Assembly: GCF_004010195.1 (NCBI RefSeq)
Contig: NC_057719.1
Coordinates: 81,462,840 to 81,526,839, forward strand
Origin: Chiloscyllium plagiosum
Taxonomy: Eukaryota
Length of the DNA: 64,000 nt
Direction of reading: 5' to 3'
Shown piece by piece: positions 37,131 through 49,427 of the stretch. Both the position numbers and the translations under genes were made by a program. A model generated the notes under the pieces. The model was not told the origin of the DNA and ran no database searches. It saw only the letters and a list, made by a program, of their open reading frames with translations. The stretch's first letter is position 1. The number at the start of each line of letters is the position of its first letter.

Positions 37131-37447
37131 ATCTTAACTCCAGTTTCAAATGCTCTGGTTACAAGTAGTGCCACAAGGGGGCCTCAGCTGAAATAGTTTC
37201 AGATCTTCAGTTACGATTCTGTAGCCACAGTATAAGCTGACACTTGAAGTTCTAAATTTATTTTTGCTGAACTTTGGATGTATTTTGGTAAAGAATGTTG
37301 ATGCCTGGAAATGTAACACTCCCTATTTGGGGCATGTTAATTAACACAGCCTATAATATCTGTACTGGATGATTTACAGACTTAAATCATCGAGCCAGCT
37401 GCAAATCTTCAGTTTTGGAACACTCTGTAGTTAAATTATTTTCGAGA

Positions 37448-38640
37448 TCAGTTCCTGCAGATTAGAGGGTGGCTAATGTTGTACCACTTTTTAAGAAAGG
37501 TGGGAGAGAGAAAGCAGGAAATTATAGACCAGTTAATCTGACCTCAGTGGTGGGCAAGATGCTGGAGTCTATTAAAAAGGATGAAATTACAACACATCTG
37601 GATAGTAGTAACAGGGTAGGTCAGAGTCAGCATGGATTAATGAAGGGGAAATCATGCTTGACTAATCTTCTGGACTTTTTGGAGGATGTAACTCTGAAGA
37701 TGGACGAGGGAGATCCAGTAGATGTAGTGTACCTGGACTTTCAGAAAGCTTTTGATAAAGTCCCACACAGGAGTTTTGTGAGTAAAATTAGGGCGCATGG
37801 TATTGGGGGCAAAGTACTANNNNNNNNNNNNNNNNNNNNNNNNNNNNNNNNNNNNNNNNNNNNNNNNNNNNNNNNNNNNNNNNNNNNNNNNNNNNNNNNN
37901 NNNNNNNNNNNNNNNNNNNNNNNNNNNNNNNNNNNNNNNNNNNNNNNNNNNNNNNNNNNNNNNNNNNNNNNNNNNNNNNNNNNNNNNNNNNNNNNNNNNN
38001 NNNNNNNNNNNNNNNNNNNNNNNNNNNNNNNNNNNNNNNNNNNNNNNNNNNNNNNNNNNNNNNNNNNNNNNNNNNNNNNNNNNNNNNNNNNNNNNNNNNN
38101 NNNNNNNNNNNNNNNNNNNNNNNNNNNNNNNNNNNNNNNNNNNNNNNNNNNNNNNNNNNNNNNNNNNNNNNNNNNNNNNNNNNNNNNNNNNNNNNNNNNN
38201 NNNNNNNNNNNNNNNNNNNNNNNNNNNNNNNNNNNNNNNNNNNNNNNNNNNNNNNNNNNNNNNNNNNNNNNNNNNNNNNNNNNNNNNNNNNNNNNNNNNN
38301 NNNNNNNNNNNNNNNNNNNNNNNNNNNNNNNNNNNNNNNNNNNNNNNNNNNNNNNNNNNNNNNNNNNNNNNNNNNNNNNNNNNNNNNNNNNGAGAAACTT
38401 CTTCATCCAGAGAGTGGTGGCTGTGTGGAATGCTCTGCCCCAGAGGGGAGTGGAGGCCCAGTCTCTGGATTCATTTAAGAAAGAGTTGGATAGAGCTCTC
38501 AAGGATAGTGGAATCAAGGGTTATGGAGATAAGGCAGGAACAGGATACTGATTAAGGATGATAAGCCATGATCACATTGAATGGTGGTGCAGGCTCGAAG
38601 GGCAGAATGGCCTACTCTTGCACCTACTGTCTATTGTCTT
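37448..38640 (+). mobile_element. Well-preserved CR1 LINE, RT to 3' end, spanning an assembly gap
   Basis: ANVVPLFKKG..NYRPVNLTSVVGK, QHG..KGKSCLTNL, YLDFQKAFDKVPH, RNFFIQRVV.VWNALP. Confidence 0.92.
37820..38391. other. Assembly gap (N run)
   Basis: Run of n. Confidence 1.
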
Positions 38641-39351
38641 GCAAACTTGAATTGAGATGTAGCAGAAACTTCTTCACATGAATGCGAAAGCAGCCGTGAC
38701 GGCAGCACAAGAATCAATGTCAGGAACTCTCAGGTCACATTTGATGGTTTAGTATGGAGTACTTCTACTCTGTCCTTCCTTGTGCATTTCCAAAGTGAAA
38801 TGCTGCAATTTACAGCAGTTAATGCTAATCCAGGAGAGTTTGTTCAGTAAGGTCATGATAGGCCATTCAAGTTTATATCATGGAACCCGTTAGTTGTTTT
38901 TTTTTTACAATATCCCAAACAGCAGGTGAAAAACTCTTCCAGTTCTCATGGGTATGAGAATTTATGAAGGGCCCTTGTGGCACAGTGGGAGGGTCCAGGA
39001 GACCTGGGTTTCACTCTCAGCTTCTCCAGTGGTGTGTAATAACATCTCTGAACAGGTTGACTAGAAAATATTAAATAACATGAGCCCTGATGTTAGCATC
39101 CTGCACGTAATGAGAATAGGGCCTGTGGGAAGTCCCTTTTCACACGTGACTGTTATAAGTGAGCTCTTATAGGACAATGGAAGTGTCCCTATCTCTGAGC
39201 GAGAAAACTGAAGTTCAAGTCCCAACTGCTCCAGAAAATCTTTGAACAGGTTGGTTCCAAAATATCTGGGCATAATAATTTACAGAGATTTGTACTTAAC
39301 ATCCTTTGGTAAATATTACTGAGGAAACTAAGCAAGACACCCCAGAAACAA

Positions 39352-39526
39352 GGAGCAGGAAAATTGACATTTTGGGCAAAAGCCCTTTATCAGCTCTATT
39401 CTGGTGAAGGCCTTTTGCCCAAAACGTCAATTTTCCTGCTCCTCGGATGCTGCCTGACCTGCTGTGCTTTTCCAGCACCACTCTAATCTAGACTCTGGTT
39501 TCTAGCATCCGCAGTCCTTGTTTTTA
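39352..39526. mobile_element. Penelope-like family A inverted fragment
   Basis: Family motif in both orientations; flanking CCCAGAAACAAG duplication. Confidence 0.7.
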
Positions 39527-40879
39527 CCCCAGAAACAAGTCACCAAGGTCACAACTTAATAAACTAAGAAAATAGTAACTCTGCCAGCTTTTAATGATTA
39601 AATGACAATGTGGTGAACTTTGAATCAAACCACGTAGTCCCTTATTTTGACATTATGGTATTATTTTGACTCCATTTACAGTATTTTCCCTGTGGGTAAG
39701 AAGATTGTATATTGAATTTTCACATCTAACGAGAACACATATTAGAAACTGACAGCTCAGTGCAGAAGTAAAATGCTTTAGGAAAAGTGCTGTCTTTTGC
39801 ATGAGGCTTTCTTTTAATGTTGAAGGACATAATATGAAAGTGAGTATGAATTCTCCAAGTATCCTAATCAATACCGACTATCTCAATTAAGACACAAGGC
39901 TGAATTTTACCAGAAGTTGGTTAGGTATCATTTTCATCAAGTTTGATGAGATTGAACTCATTTCCTTGAGCAATCATCCTCAACTCATCACTAAATAAGC
40001 AGTACGCCTCATGGCACTCTGTCCATGCTAGCTGATTCTTCCACTCACTGAAGGCGAATGTATTCAAGATTGCCAGGATCCCTGGCACTGACACCATATT
40101 TAAAAGGTCATTGTGCAACCAATCAAGCACTTTCAGTCTGGAGCTGTCCTCTATGGTTCAATTAACTTGAAGAAATTTGTGTCCTGCTTTGCAGACAGAG
40201 ATCTGGAGTGTTTTCTTCCCCCAAGACTGACAGAAGAGGCCACAACTCAGCCCTGCAACTGGTCCAAGGTTGCCACCCTGGTCAGTGTAGTCTCAAATAT
40301 CCGGAGGAAGGTCTAGCAGTGATCAATGGCCTTCTCAGCTCCACCAGAGTCAGTGCCACCATCTTCTCTCTGGGGTCACACTCACTGTATCTCTGCTACT
40401 GTACCCACCTCCTACCAAGGAATAGGCTCCCTCATTCTCACTTTTGCTGCAACATTTTAACTCATTCACTTTCATAAACCTGCATGGCCTCCTATTCACT
40501 CACTCAGGACACCTGATGGCTTTTCCCCCACCTGCCTCAGCACTACTAGCTGTTCCACCTACTTTCTCCTCACTCAGTTTCTCCCTTCGTTCCTCCAGGA
40601 GAAAATGGACCATAGTAGGGCTAAACAACAAGGACGAGTGGTAGTCTGCCCAACATTTGGCTCCTTACATCCAATAAGGAGAGGATATCTTCGCTGGTGA
40701 GGATTGAGATTTGTCCTGTGAAGATACAGCAACATCCATATCTTAACAATTAAGTAAGAAACATTTATTGTTCCTTGTAATGTTACTACACTCATTACAT
40801 CCACTGTCAATATATTATTATTAACATGCCACAGCGAGTCCTCTAAATTATCTCTGATCCTACAGGTATCATAATCATA

Positions 40880-41900
40880 ATCACACAATACTAGTTTATA
40901 GTCCAACAGGTTTATTTGGGAGTACAAGCTTTCAGAGCGCTGCTCCTTCGTCGGGTAGCTAATGAGGCAGGATCATAAGACACAGAATTTATAGTAAAAG
41001 ATCAAAGTGTCATACAACTGATGCAATGTATTGAACAAATCTACATTGCTGTTAAGTTGTTAATCACTTAGAATCGGGTTGCAAGTTTCGATTCATTAAT
41101 ATGTAAATCTCAGAACTACTTTCAAGTCACATTCCCGAAATAACATAAGGTTTTATATAAAAAAGGTGACATCTCAGCTCAGACAATGCCTTAATAGGTC
41201 CGATGTTAGAGTCTGTCTGTATCTCAACCTTGAGTCAGACTAGTTCTATGTCCAAAGTAAGAAGTTATAAAATGTCACATGGATTGACTGCTTCCACAAT
41301 AAGCACATAATAAGCAGTCAATCCATGTGACATTTTATAAATTCCTACTTTGGAAACAAGTAGTCTGACTCAAGTTGGGATGCAATCAGACTCTAACCTC
41401 ACACCTTTAATGCATTATCTAAGCTGTCACCTTTTTTGTATGAAATCTTAAATTATCTCAGGAATATGACTTTAAAGTAATTCTGGGATGTACATATTAA
41501 TAAATTGAAATCTGCAACCCCATTCTAAGTGATTAAAGACTTAACAGCAATCTAGGTTTCTTCAATATGTCACATCAGTTGCATGATACTTTGATCGTTT
41601 GCTATAAATTCTGTGTCCTATGAACCTGCCCCACAAGCTCCCTGATGAAGGAGCAAAGCTCCAAAAGTTTATACTTCCAAATAAACCTGTTGGACTATAA
41701 CCATTCCTGATGAAGAGCTTATGCCCAAAATGTTGATTCTTCTGCTGGTTGGATGCTGCCTGATCTGCTGTGCTTTTCCAGCACCACACTCTTCAACTCT
41801 GATCTCTAGCATCTGCAGTCCTCACTTTTTCCTGTTGGACTATAACCTGATGTTGTGTGATTTTTAACTTTGTCAACCCAGTCCAACACTGGCACCTCCA
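40880..41900. mobile_element. Penelope-like family B long inverted repeat (arms about 400 bp) with a family A insertion at 41703-41830
   Basis: 40896-41293 is the diverged reverse complement of 41311-41700. CCTGTTGGACTATAACC is duplicated at 41686-41702 and 41831-41847. Hammerhead-like CTGATGAAGGAGC at 41642. Confidence 0.75.
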
Positions 41901-42399
41901 CACCATAATCTCCATGGGCAGGAGGGCAGAGCTGCAAGACATTATTCCTCTATCTCAGAGGAAGCACAGGCGAGGCTGCCTCCTGCAAACCTACTCCCAT
42001 TCCCCAACATCTCAGATACCAACAACACAGCGAAAACTATATTTAGATTAGAGTGGAGCACATGCAGGTCAGCACTTCGCTGCCACATCTCAGCAGCTGG
42101 CCCAAGAATAAATGCCCCAGGTCGCTGGCACTCAGAAGACTTCCAGAGACTAGGTACCTGCTCAGCCCCAGTCAGAAGAGGAGCCCGTGATATCTGTAAT
42201 CAGGGACTTCATTGATGCACACAGACACAGGAGCAGCAGGCAGCTTTGTCAGGAGGACTGAGCAACCTGACAGGGGATACAGGGTTGTATCAATGCTATT
42301 GGGATCCCATGCCTTAAGTACATGAGCATTTGGCTGCCTCCATGGAAAGTTGATGGCTGCCATGGACAGCCAGATTCAGAACCCTTATGGTCTGCTGGA

Positions 42400-42900
42400 T
42401 ATACTGTCCACGAAGCAAGTGGACAGTATTCCATCAGACTCCTGATGTGTACCTTGTAAATGGTGGACAGGCTTTGGAGAGTTAAAAGGTGAGTTATCAA
42501 TAGCAGAATTCATAGCTTCTGACTTGCTCTTGTAGCCAGTCTATTTATTTGGCAAGTCCAGTTCAGTTTCTGGTCAATGGCAACGCCAAGATCTTGATCG
42601 TGAGAGTGTCAACAATGGTGGTGTCATTGAAGGTGAAGTTTGGGTCGTTAGATTCTCTCTTGTTGGAGATGTTCATTGTCTGGCATTTGTGTAACATGAA
42701 TGTTACTTGTCATCATTTGTCAGCCTGAACCAAGATATTTTCCAAGTCTTGCTTCATTTGGACACGGATCTGAAGAGAAACGAATGATGCTGAACATTGT
42801 GCAATCTTCAGTGAAATCCTATTTCTGACCTTATTTTGAGGGCAGTTAAAGCAGCTAAAATGTCTGAGCCTAAGACATTCAACTGAGGCACTCCCTCAAT
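42400..42900 (-). mobile_element. LINE fragment, same family as 29685-32810
   Basis: LSTIYKVHIRSLMEYCPLA in ORF 42249-42500. Confidence 0.7.
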
Positions 42901-43858
42901 AAACAAAGGAGTGGAAAAGTATCGGGGAAGACAGGAACGTGGAATGATCAGATTAGGTATAATCATATTAATGGAGAAAGCACAAGCAGCTAGTGGTGTA
43001 CACCTCTTAATTCATATGATCCATTTACTTATCAGCCCAAGCGAGTATTCCACCAGAAGTGTACTAAAATGTTTATTGAGTTGAATCACTGCATAATTGG
43101 CTTGAGTGATGACAGAAGCTATATAGGCAGCCATTTAATCCCTATTGTACAGTGAATTCTAGTTACTATCAAAAGACAGGATGGAAGTAGCAATCTATTT
43201 ACATCTTTTTGCCTTAACCATATAAGAATAATTCAGATTTTTATGATACGGGGAATGTAAAAGGCAAATTTAACCCAGGTCAGACACTGACATCTGGTAT
43301 CAAAAATCTCACTTGGTCTGAAGCTGGAGAAATCCAAAGCTAGAATTAGTCACAAATTGCTACATCAGCCTTGCACTTTCTTGGAAGCGAGGACTATGTC
43401 CCCAGCTTTTTGTGGTGCAGCAGTGTGGTACGTCATTAAGCAGGGCACTGGTACATGGCTTCTTTGTGTGTGCCAGAAATAATAGCAGAACTGGCACTGA
43501 TAAAGAGCAAGCACTAAAACAGACTTTGCACCAATGAAATTGAGATGGCCAGGCTCTCGGTGATTGTGATTTTGAAGAACCTTTGCAATTGCAGAGTGCC
43601 TGGAAGTACGTGAAGTGTTTCTGGAAGCATTTTGTTGCTGCAAATGTTGCTACATTCTCACAGGAATAACAGGAGTGGGTGACCTAACCATACTGTCACA
43701 AAGACTGCAAGAGGTTAGCAAACAAAGGAACAGTAGTTAACCATTCAGCCTCTCTGCCATTTCCAGCTTATGGCTGATCATATACGTTAATGCTATTTAC
43801 CCAAGCCATTTCTGTGTCCTTTGATACCATTAGTATCTGGAAATCTTTTGATCCTTGT

Positions 43859-44538
43859 TGTAAGGTATAGAGTTAAAATTGTGCAGAATAAGGGAACCTC
43901 TGTTGCTTCTGCAAAAGCTTACATTATAAAATTAGGCTGCGTATGAAAATACTAAACAGTGAGAAGCGAAAACAGATAGAATTATCTATGACTAATAGGG
44001 CAGAATGACCGTGTGGCAGGATGTACCAGATATAGGAAAACAGAAGAAGAGAAAACAGGTTGAATTATCTATGACGAATAGGGCAGAGTGACCACGTAGC
44101 GGGATGTACCGGTATCAGGAGAATAGTGTGCCTGTCTCAGGAGGGATGTGGCCAACGGATGGAATTTAGTTTGGCAGGATGATCGCACAAAGACAGCAAA
44201 CTATGCCAGGATAGTCCCATTTAAGGAATGAGATAAATAAAAATAAGGGGCGACAGGTTTACAGTAATGGGAGAAGTAAACAGAGGCGGAGAGAAGCTAG
44301 ACAAAGGTGGAGTGAAGTTAGAGCTTGTGATAGGCTACGTGCTACAGCAAAAGTAACCAATGGGGTGAAAGGGGAGGACCGAGAGACGCAGCTGAACAGC
44401 ATAAATCAGAATGTAACCCTCAGATCGGGGTACTTACTTGTTAGGCACCCGTTCTTGCAGGTATGTATCAATAAAATTCGCTGCTTCAGAATTTGACTTG
44501 GACTAAAATTTATTGATATGTGAGTTTTGTTTCTCATA
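43859..44538 (+). repeat. ERV2 5' LTR (680 bp)
   Basis: Direct repeat of 48834-49427 with an extra U3 repeat of about 80 bp; AATAAA at 44470. Confidence 0.93.
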
Positions 44539-44541
44539 ATT

Positions 44542-44559
44542 TGGGGACTCGACCTGGAT
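44542..44559 (+). promoter_or_regulatory. ERV2 primer-binding site, degenerate tRNA-Pro-like
   Basis: TGGGGACTCGACCTGGAT, 3 mismatches to the Pro PBS, 3 nt after the LTR. Confidence 0.7.
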
Positions 44560-44831
44560 TTCCATTATCACCAGCAGGGTGGGCACAGTCGACAGCTGGG
44601 AAGACACGTCCTGTTCCTTTTCGAACGGTCCTGTGTTCCTCGGTGGTGGGTTTCTCCTTCTGGTTGACTGATTGAGATCTGATGAGAGTCTATCGGAAAG
44701 GTTGTAAGTAGGCACAGGGAGCCAGGCAACTCCATGCATGGACCAAGATAGGAAAAGAGATTTTTAAGTACTGCCTTGGTGGCTGGGATTGAGTTCTAGT
44801 AGTTAATAAGTGTCTAACGAAGGAACTCAAC

Positions 44832-45366
44832 ATGGGCTGTGCCGAGGATAAAGTAAAAGCCTCCGGGAAACAAAATGGACATGGAGACGGGGTCCCTGAC
44901 AACATACCTCCAGAAGGTCCATTGGGCAGGATGTTGTGGAATTGGAAAAATAATACTTGTACAAGGGAAAAAGATAGCAAGAAGATGATTAAATATTGTT
45001 GCTTTGTATGGACTAAGGAATCCATTCTTCGTCCTGCCATCTTCTGGCCAAAGTACGTGTCGGACGAAGACTATGTTTGTAAATATTTGAATTTTTATGT
45101 CAACAGAAAACAGCCTTTCAGTCAGGAGGGGCAGGATGTTGTGGAATTGGAAAAATAATACTTGTACAAGGGAAAAAGATAGCAAAAAGATGATTAAATA
45201 TTGTTGCTTTGTATGGACTAAGAAATCCATTATTCGTTCTGCCATCTTCTGGCCAAAGTACGTGTCGGACGAAGACTATGTTTGTAAAATTTGAATTTAT
45301 ATGTCAACAGAAAACAGCCTTTCAGTCAGGAGGGATCAGATTATGCTTCGTGTTGGAAGGACTAGT
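44832..45366 (+). pseudogene. gag: ERV2 gag matrix-region fragment with a 205-bp tandem duplication
   Basis: IPPEGPLGRMLWNWK..KKMIKYCCFVWTKESI..FWPKY.SDED aligns with ERV1 Gag. Confidence 0.9.
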
Positions 45367-46221
45367 AGCTGAAGGGCCACTGAGGGTACACTTCGTAACT
45401 AAATGACAAAGTTGACAAAGTCGTCAAGAATCGAACCGGTGACTAGCAATCAGAATGGAGGGTGGCAGCACGTAGAACATAGAGGAAGGGGTAAGAGGAT
45501 GAGGAGGACCTTTCGTAGGGTCCAGTTGACAGGGACAAGGACAGAGGTGGAGACCCCAACAAACAGGATGTTACATCCAGAAAAAGATTCAAAAGATAGA
45601 GGGGTGGAGCGAGAAGCCTCTAGAGTTGTTGTTGAGGGAAGCTCAGAAAGTGTCTTGAGGTGTGTGTGAGTGAATGAGAGAGAGAAAAGAGCTGTACAGC
45701 TAATAGAAAGTTTAACCCTTTGTGATTCAGTTTGAATGCACATTTGTTTGTTGTGATTGAATGTTTGTCGTTTGTTCCCTGGAGCTTCAGATCCAGGACT
45801 GTTTTGAATCTGATTTCTATTATGGAAATTTAACATGATTTCTTTTAAGGTTAAGGATTTTACAGTGATTATGAAATAAAATGTTAACTCCTGTTCTTTT
45901 TAACAGATCATGACTGCCTTACTATCAGTTTCTAACTAATCTCTTTTATCCTTACATAAAAGCGATTTCAAATCAGCTTAATACAGAGGAAAACAACATG
46001 ATAACCTTTTTTGTGTGTTTCAGGCTCATTTGTTTTCACTTAATTTTAAGCCGTAGCTTTATTCAGAAAGTTCCCTCGCTCAATGACAGTTGAAGTTTCA
46101 GTTCAACATTAGATTGTAATAAATCAATCCTATGGTTAATATCTGTGACCTTGGATTCGGCCATTATTCATGCATTATAAGATTTTTTTTTTAACTTGAA
46201 TAGACAAATCCTTTTAAGACA

Positions 46222-46809
46222 GCTCCTGGGAGTTTCATACCCTTGGCACCCACCTTCATCAGGAAAGGTTGAGAGACACTCAAGAAGCAGTTATCTAAAT
46301 TAATAATAGAAACCAGACTCCCTTGGACTAAGTGTTTACCTATAGCCCTTTTGCAAGTGCAGACAGCTCCAAGGAAAGATATGGGGCTGTCCCCTTATGA
46401 GATATTGTTTGGCCTGCCCTATCTGGGACTGAAAGGGGAATTGCCAATCCTGGAGACTAAAGATCTGTTCTTAAAGAAGTATATACTGGGCTTGTCCTCG
46501 TCTTTGTCTTTTCTTAGGAAAAGAAGGATTACTGGCACAGAGTCCGCCCCTTGAATTCACCGTTCATCCCATCCGGCCGGGAGATTGGGTCCTAATTAAG
46601 TCATGGATAGAAACTAAATTGCAATTGGATTGGATTGGGAGGGACCGTACCAGGCTCTTTTGACGATTGAAACGGCGATACGCACGGCGGAGAAAGGCTG
46701 GACTCACTACACCAGGATTAAAGGACCGGTGGAATCCCCAGTTAAGAAAGAAGTCTGGACAGCCGAATCAACAGAAGAATCACTGAAACTCAGACTCAAA
46801 AGACTTTAA
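46222..46809 (+). pseudogene. pol: ERV2 integrase C-terminal half
   Basis: WEFH.PWHPPSSGKVE, ETRLPWTKCLP, TAPRKDMGLSPYEILFGLP, WEGPY, TAEKGWTHYTRIK; aligns with ERV1 integrase. Confidence 0.9.
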
Positions 46810-46905
46810 ATAACTGATTTTTATGCAGACGTGGTTTAGTTTCTTTTCGATATCTATATATTGTGTTGCATGTCAAATCTCTCGGTCCTTCAATACTATT
46901 GTAGG

Positions 46906-48809
46906 ATGCTGGGGTCGCTTAGGGTTATCATATTAGCTTTCTTAGTATTGGGATTTTGTCAAACGATGCTGTCATCTCCATATTTGTTATTAACGGTCCC
47001 TGAGTCTGAATATCCATAAGTAATAGAGGTCGATGCTTGCAGCCTAGTAAAATGTGCAGATGTAAAGTATCAGAGGGAGTATATTTTCTCCGAAATCCAT
47101 CTTAAGACCCGACCGGACACAAGGTATGGTTCGCAAAAACCGCCACCTGGCATCACTATCCATAGAGCCCCCTTTCGCCCAGCCCTAGACTGTCCTGACA
47201 AAGTGCCACCCAATATATCCCACCATTAGGAATACCTCCTCTGAAAACTCCTTTCCCCATTAAAACAGGTCTCGACTCATTAGTAACGATTGTAAAGACA
47301 GTAATGGAAGCCACTGGGAGGTGTTTTTCGGGCGGCTGTTTCCAAATAGTTGTAGGAAACGGAAAACGAGCCAAACAACTTGGATAGTAAGATACATTTT
47401 GCCCCTCCCAATGACCCAAAGGTGGTAAAAATTATAGAGGAGAAGGACTTGAAGCAGACCATTGAAATAGAAACTGGATACGGGGACGTAAATGCCTGGG
47501 TTGAATGGGTAAAGTACACTGTTAAAACTCTGAATAAAGGCAATTGCTATGCATGTGCCTCCAGTAGACCAGATGCCCACATAGCCCCCTTTCCGCTCGG
47601 GTGGAACCAAAACAGGAAGGGCATGGAATGTATGATAGCCCTGTATCAGGATAAGACTGCATGGAATGATAGGAATTGTATATCCCTATCTCGAATGTTC
47701 CCTCCCTTGGAGAAGACAGATTTGAAAGCTCCCTCTCCATTTTTAACTACGATCGGGAATCACACATCGTGTATAAGCCGACAGGGTACAAATCGGTCTA
47801 GAAACTTGGGGGAGCTGAGGTTATGTATAGAAACTCAGAATTACACCAAAACAGACAAAGGAGGGAACTACTCAGCACTCTGGGTTCCCCGGGCGGATCT
47901 CTGGTGGTACTGTGGAGGCAGAATATTGCGACCTACCTACCTCCTGACTGGAGGGGGATATGGGCAATTGGCAATCCCATTCACCTTGACATTTGAGAAG
48001 GAGAAGGTGATAGTAACAAAGAATGGGAGGAGTAAAAGGTCGCTATTAGATACTTCCTTTGATGATAGGATTTATCTCGACTCTATAGGAGTTCCTAGAG
48101 GGGTCCCCGATGAGTTCAAGGCCCGCAACCAGATTGCAGCAGGTTTTGAATCGGCCCTATTTTGGTGGGTAACAGTCAACAAGAATGTGGACTGGATAAT
48201 ATTCCATTTTTTTTTTTTACAACCAGCAAAGATTCATCAATTACACTAGAGATGGTGTCAAGGGTATTTCCGAGCAACTTGATGCAACCAACAGAATGAC
48301 CTGAGAAAACAGACTGGCCTTAGATATGATCCTAGCTGAAAAAGGGGGTGTATGTGATGTTAGGAGATAGCTGTTGTACCTTTATTCCAAATAATACATC
48401 ACCTGATGGGTCAATCACTTGTGCCTTGCGAGGATTGACCACCTTGGAGGAAGAATTGGCTGAGAATTCAGGAGTGGACACATCACTCACTGGACAGCTG
48501 GAATCATGGTTTGGGAAGTGGAAAGGTGTAGTAGTCTCCATCCTCACCTCCCTGATAGTGGTGGCAGGGGTGCTGACAGCAATTGGCTGTTGTATCATAC
48601 CTTGTGTACGGGGGTTAACCCAGCAGCTAATTGAGACGGCCTTGGCAAAACAAATGCCTCTTAAAGGTAATCAGGCAGAGGGACTCAACCTCTTGAACAA
48701 TGAGGGGAGGGGTGGCCTTAAGGAATTAGCCACTATAAATGAAGTCTCAGGAATGATGCTAGCGAACTGGAAGGCAACATATGAGACAAATGCAGAAGAC
48801 AAGACTTAG
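46906..48809 (+). pseudogene. env: ERV2 env, disrupted, HERV-IP10/EnvP(b)-like
   Basis: Signal peptide MLGSLRVIILAFLVLGFC, CYAC, furin site RSKR, DSIGVPRGVPDEFKARNQIAAGFES, ISD ENRLALDMILA, CC motif, TM helix. Stops plus a frameshift at the poly-T near 48210. Confidence 0.92.
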
Positions 48810-48814
48810 TAGCC

Positions 48815-48832
48815 AAGAAGAAAAGGGGGGGA
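48815..48832 (+). promoter_or_regulatory. ERV2 polypurine tract
   Basis: AAGAAGAAAAGGGGGGGA before the 3' LTR. Confidence 0.9.
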
Positions 48833-48833
48833 T

Positions 48834-49427
48834 TGTAAGGTAAAGGGTTAAAATTGTGCAGAATAAGGGAACAGGTTGCTTCTGCAAAAGCTTACATTAT
48901 AAAATTAGGCTGCACATGCAAATACTAAACAGTGAGAAGCGAAAACAGGTAGGATTATTTATGACTAATAGGGCAGAGTGACCGTGTAGCGGGATGTACC
49001 AGTAACAGGAGAATAGTGTGCCAGTCTCAGGAGAGATGTGGCCAACTGATGGAATTTAGTTTGGCAGGATGATCACACGAAGACAGCAAACTATGCCAGG
49101 ATAGTCACATATAAGGAGTGAGATAAATAAGAGTAAGGGGCTACAGGTTTACAGTAATGGGAGAAGTAAACAGAGGCAGAGAGAAGCTAGACAAAGGTGG
49201 AGTGAAGCTAGAGCTTGTGATAGGCTACTTCCTCAGCAAAAGTAACCAATGGAGTGAAAGGGGAGGACCGAGACACGCAGCTGAACAGCATAAATCAGAA
49301 TGTAACCCTCAGATCGAGGTGCTTACTTGTTAGGCACCCATTCTTGCAGGTACGTATCAATAAAATTCGCTGCTTCAGAATTTGACTCGGACTGAAATTT
49401 ATTAATATGTAAGTTTTGTTTCTCACA
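48834..49427 (+). repeat. ERV2 3' LTR (594 bp)
   Basis: TG...CA ends; direct repeat of the 5' LTR. Confidence 0.93.

Larger units (their letters stand above)
43859..49427 (+). mobile_element. Endogenous retrovirus 2, internally deleted HERV-I-like provirus (gag 5' end, integrase 3' half, env)
   Basis: Paired LTRs TGTAAGG...CTCA(T/C)A; 5-bp TSD CTTGT (43854-43858 and 49428-49432); PBS; PPT; inserted in a CR1 remnant. Confidence 0.95.
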
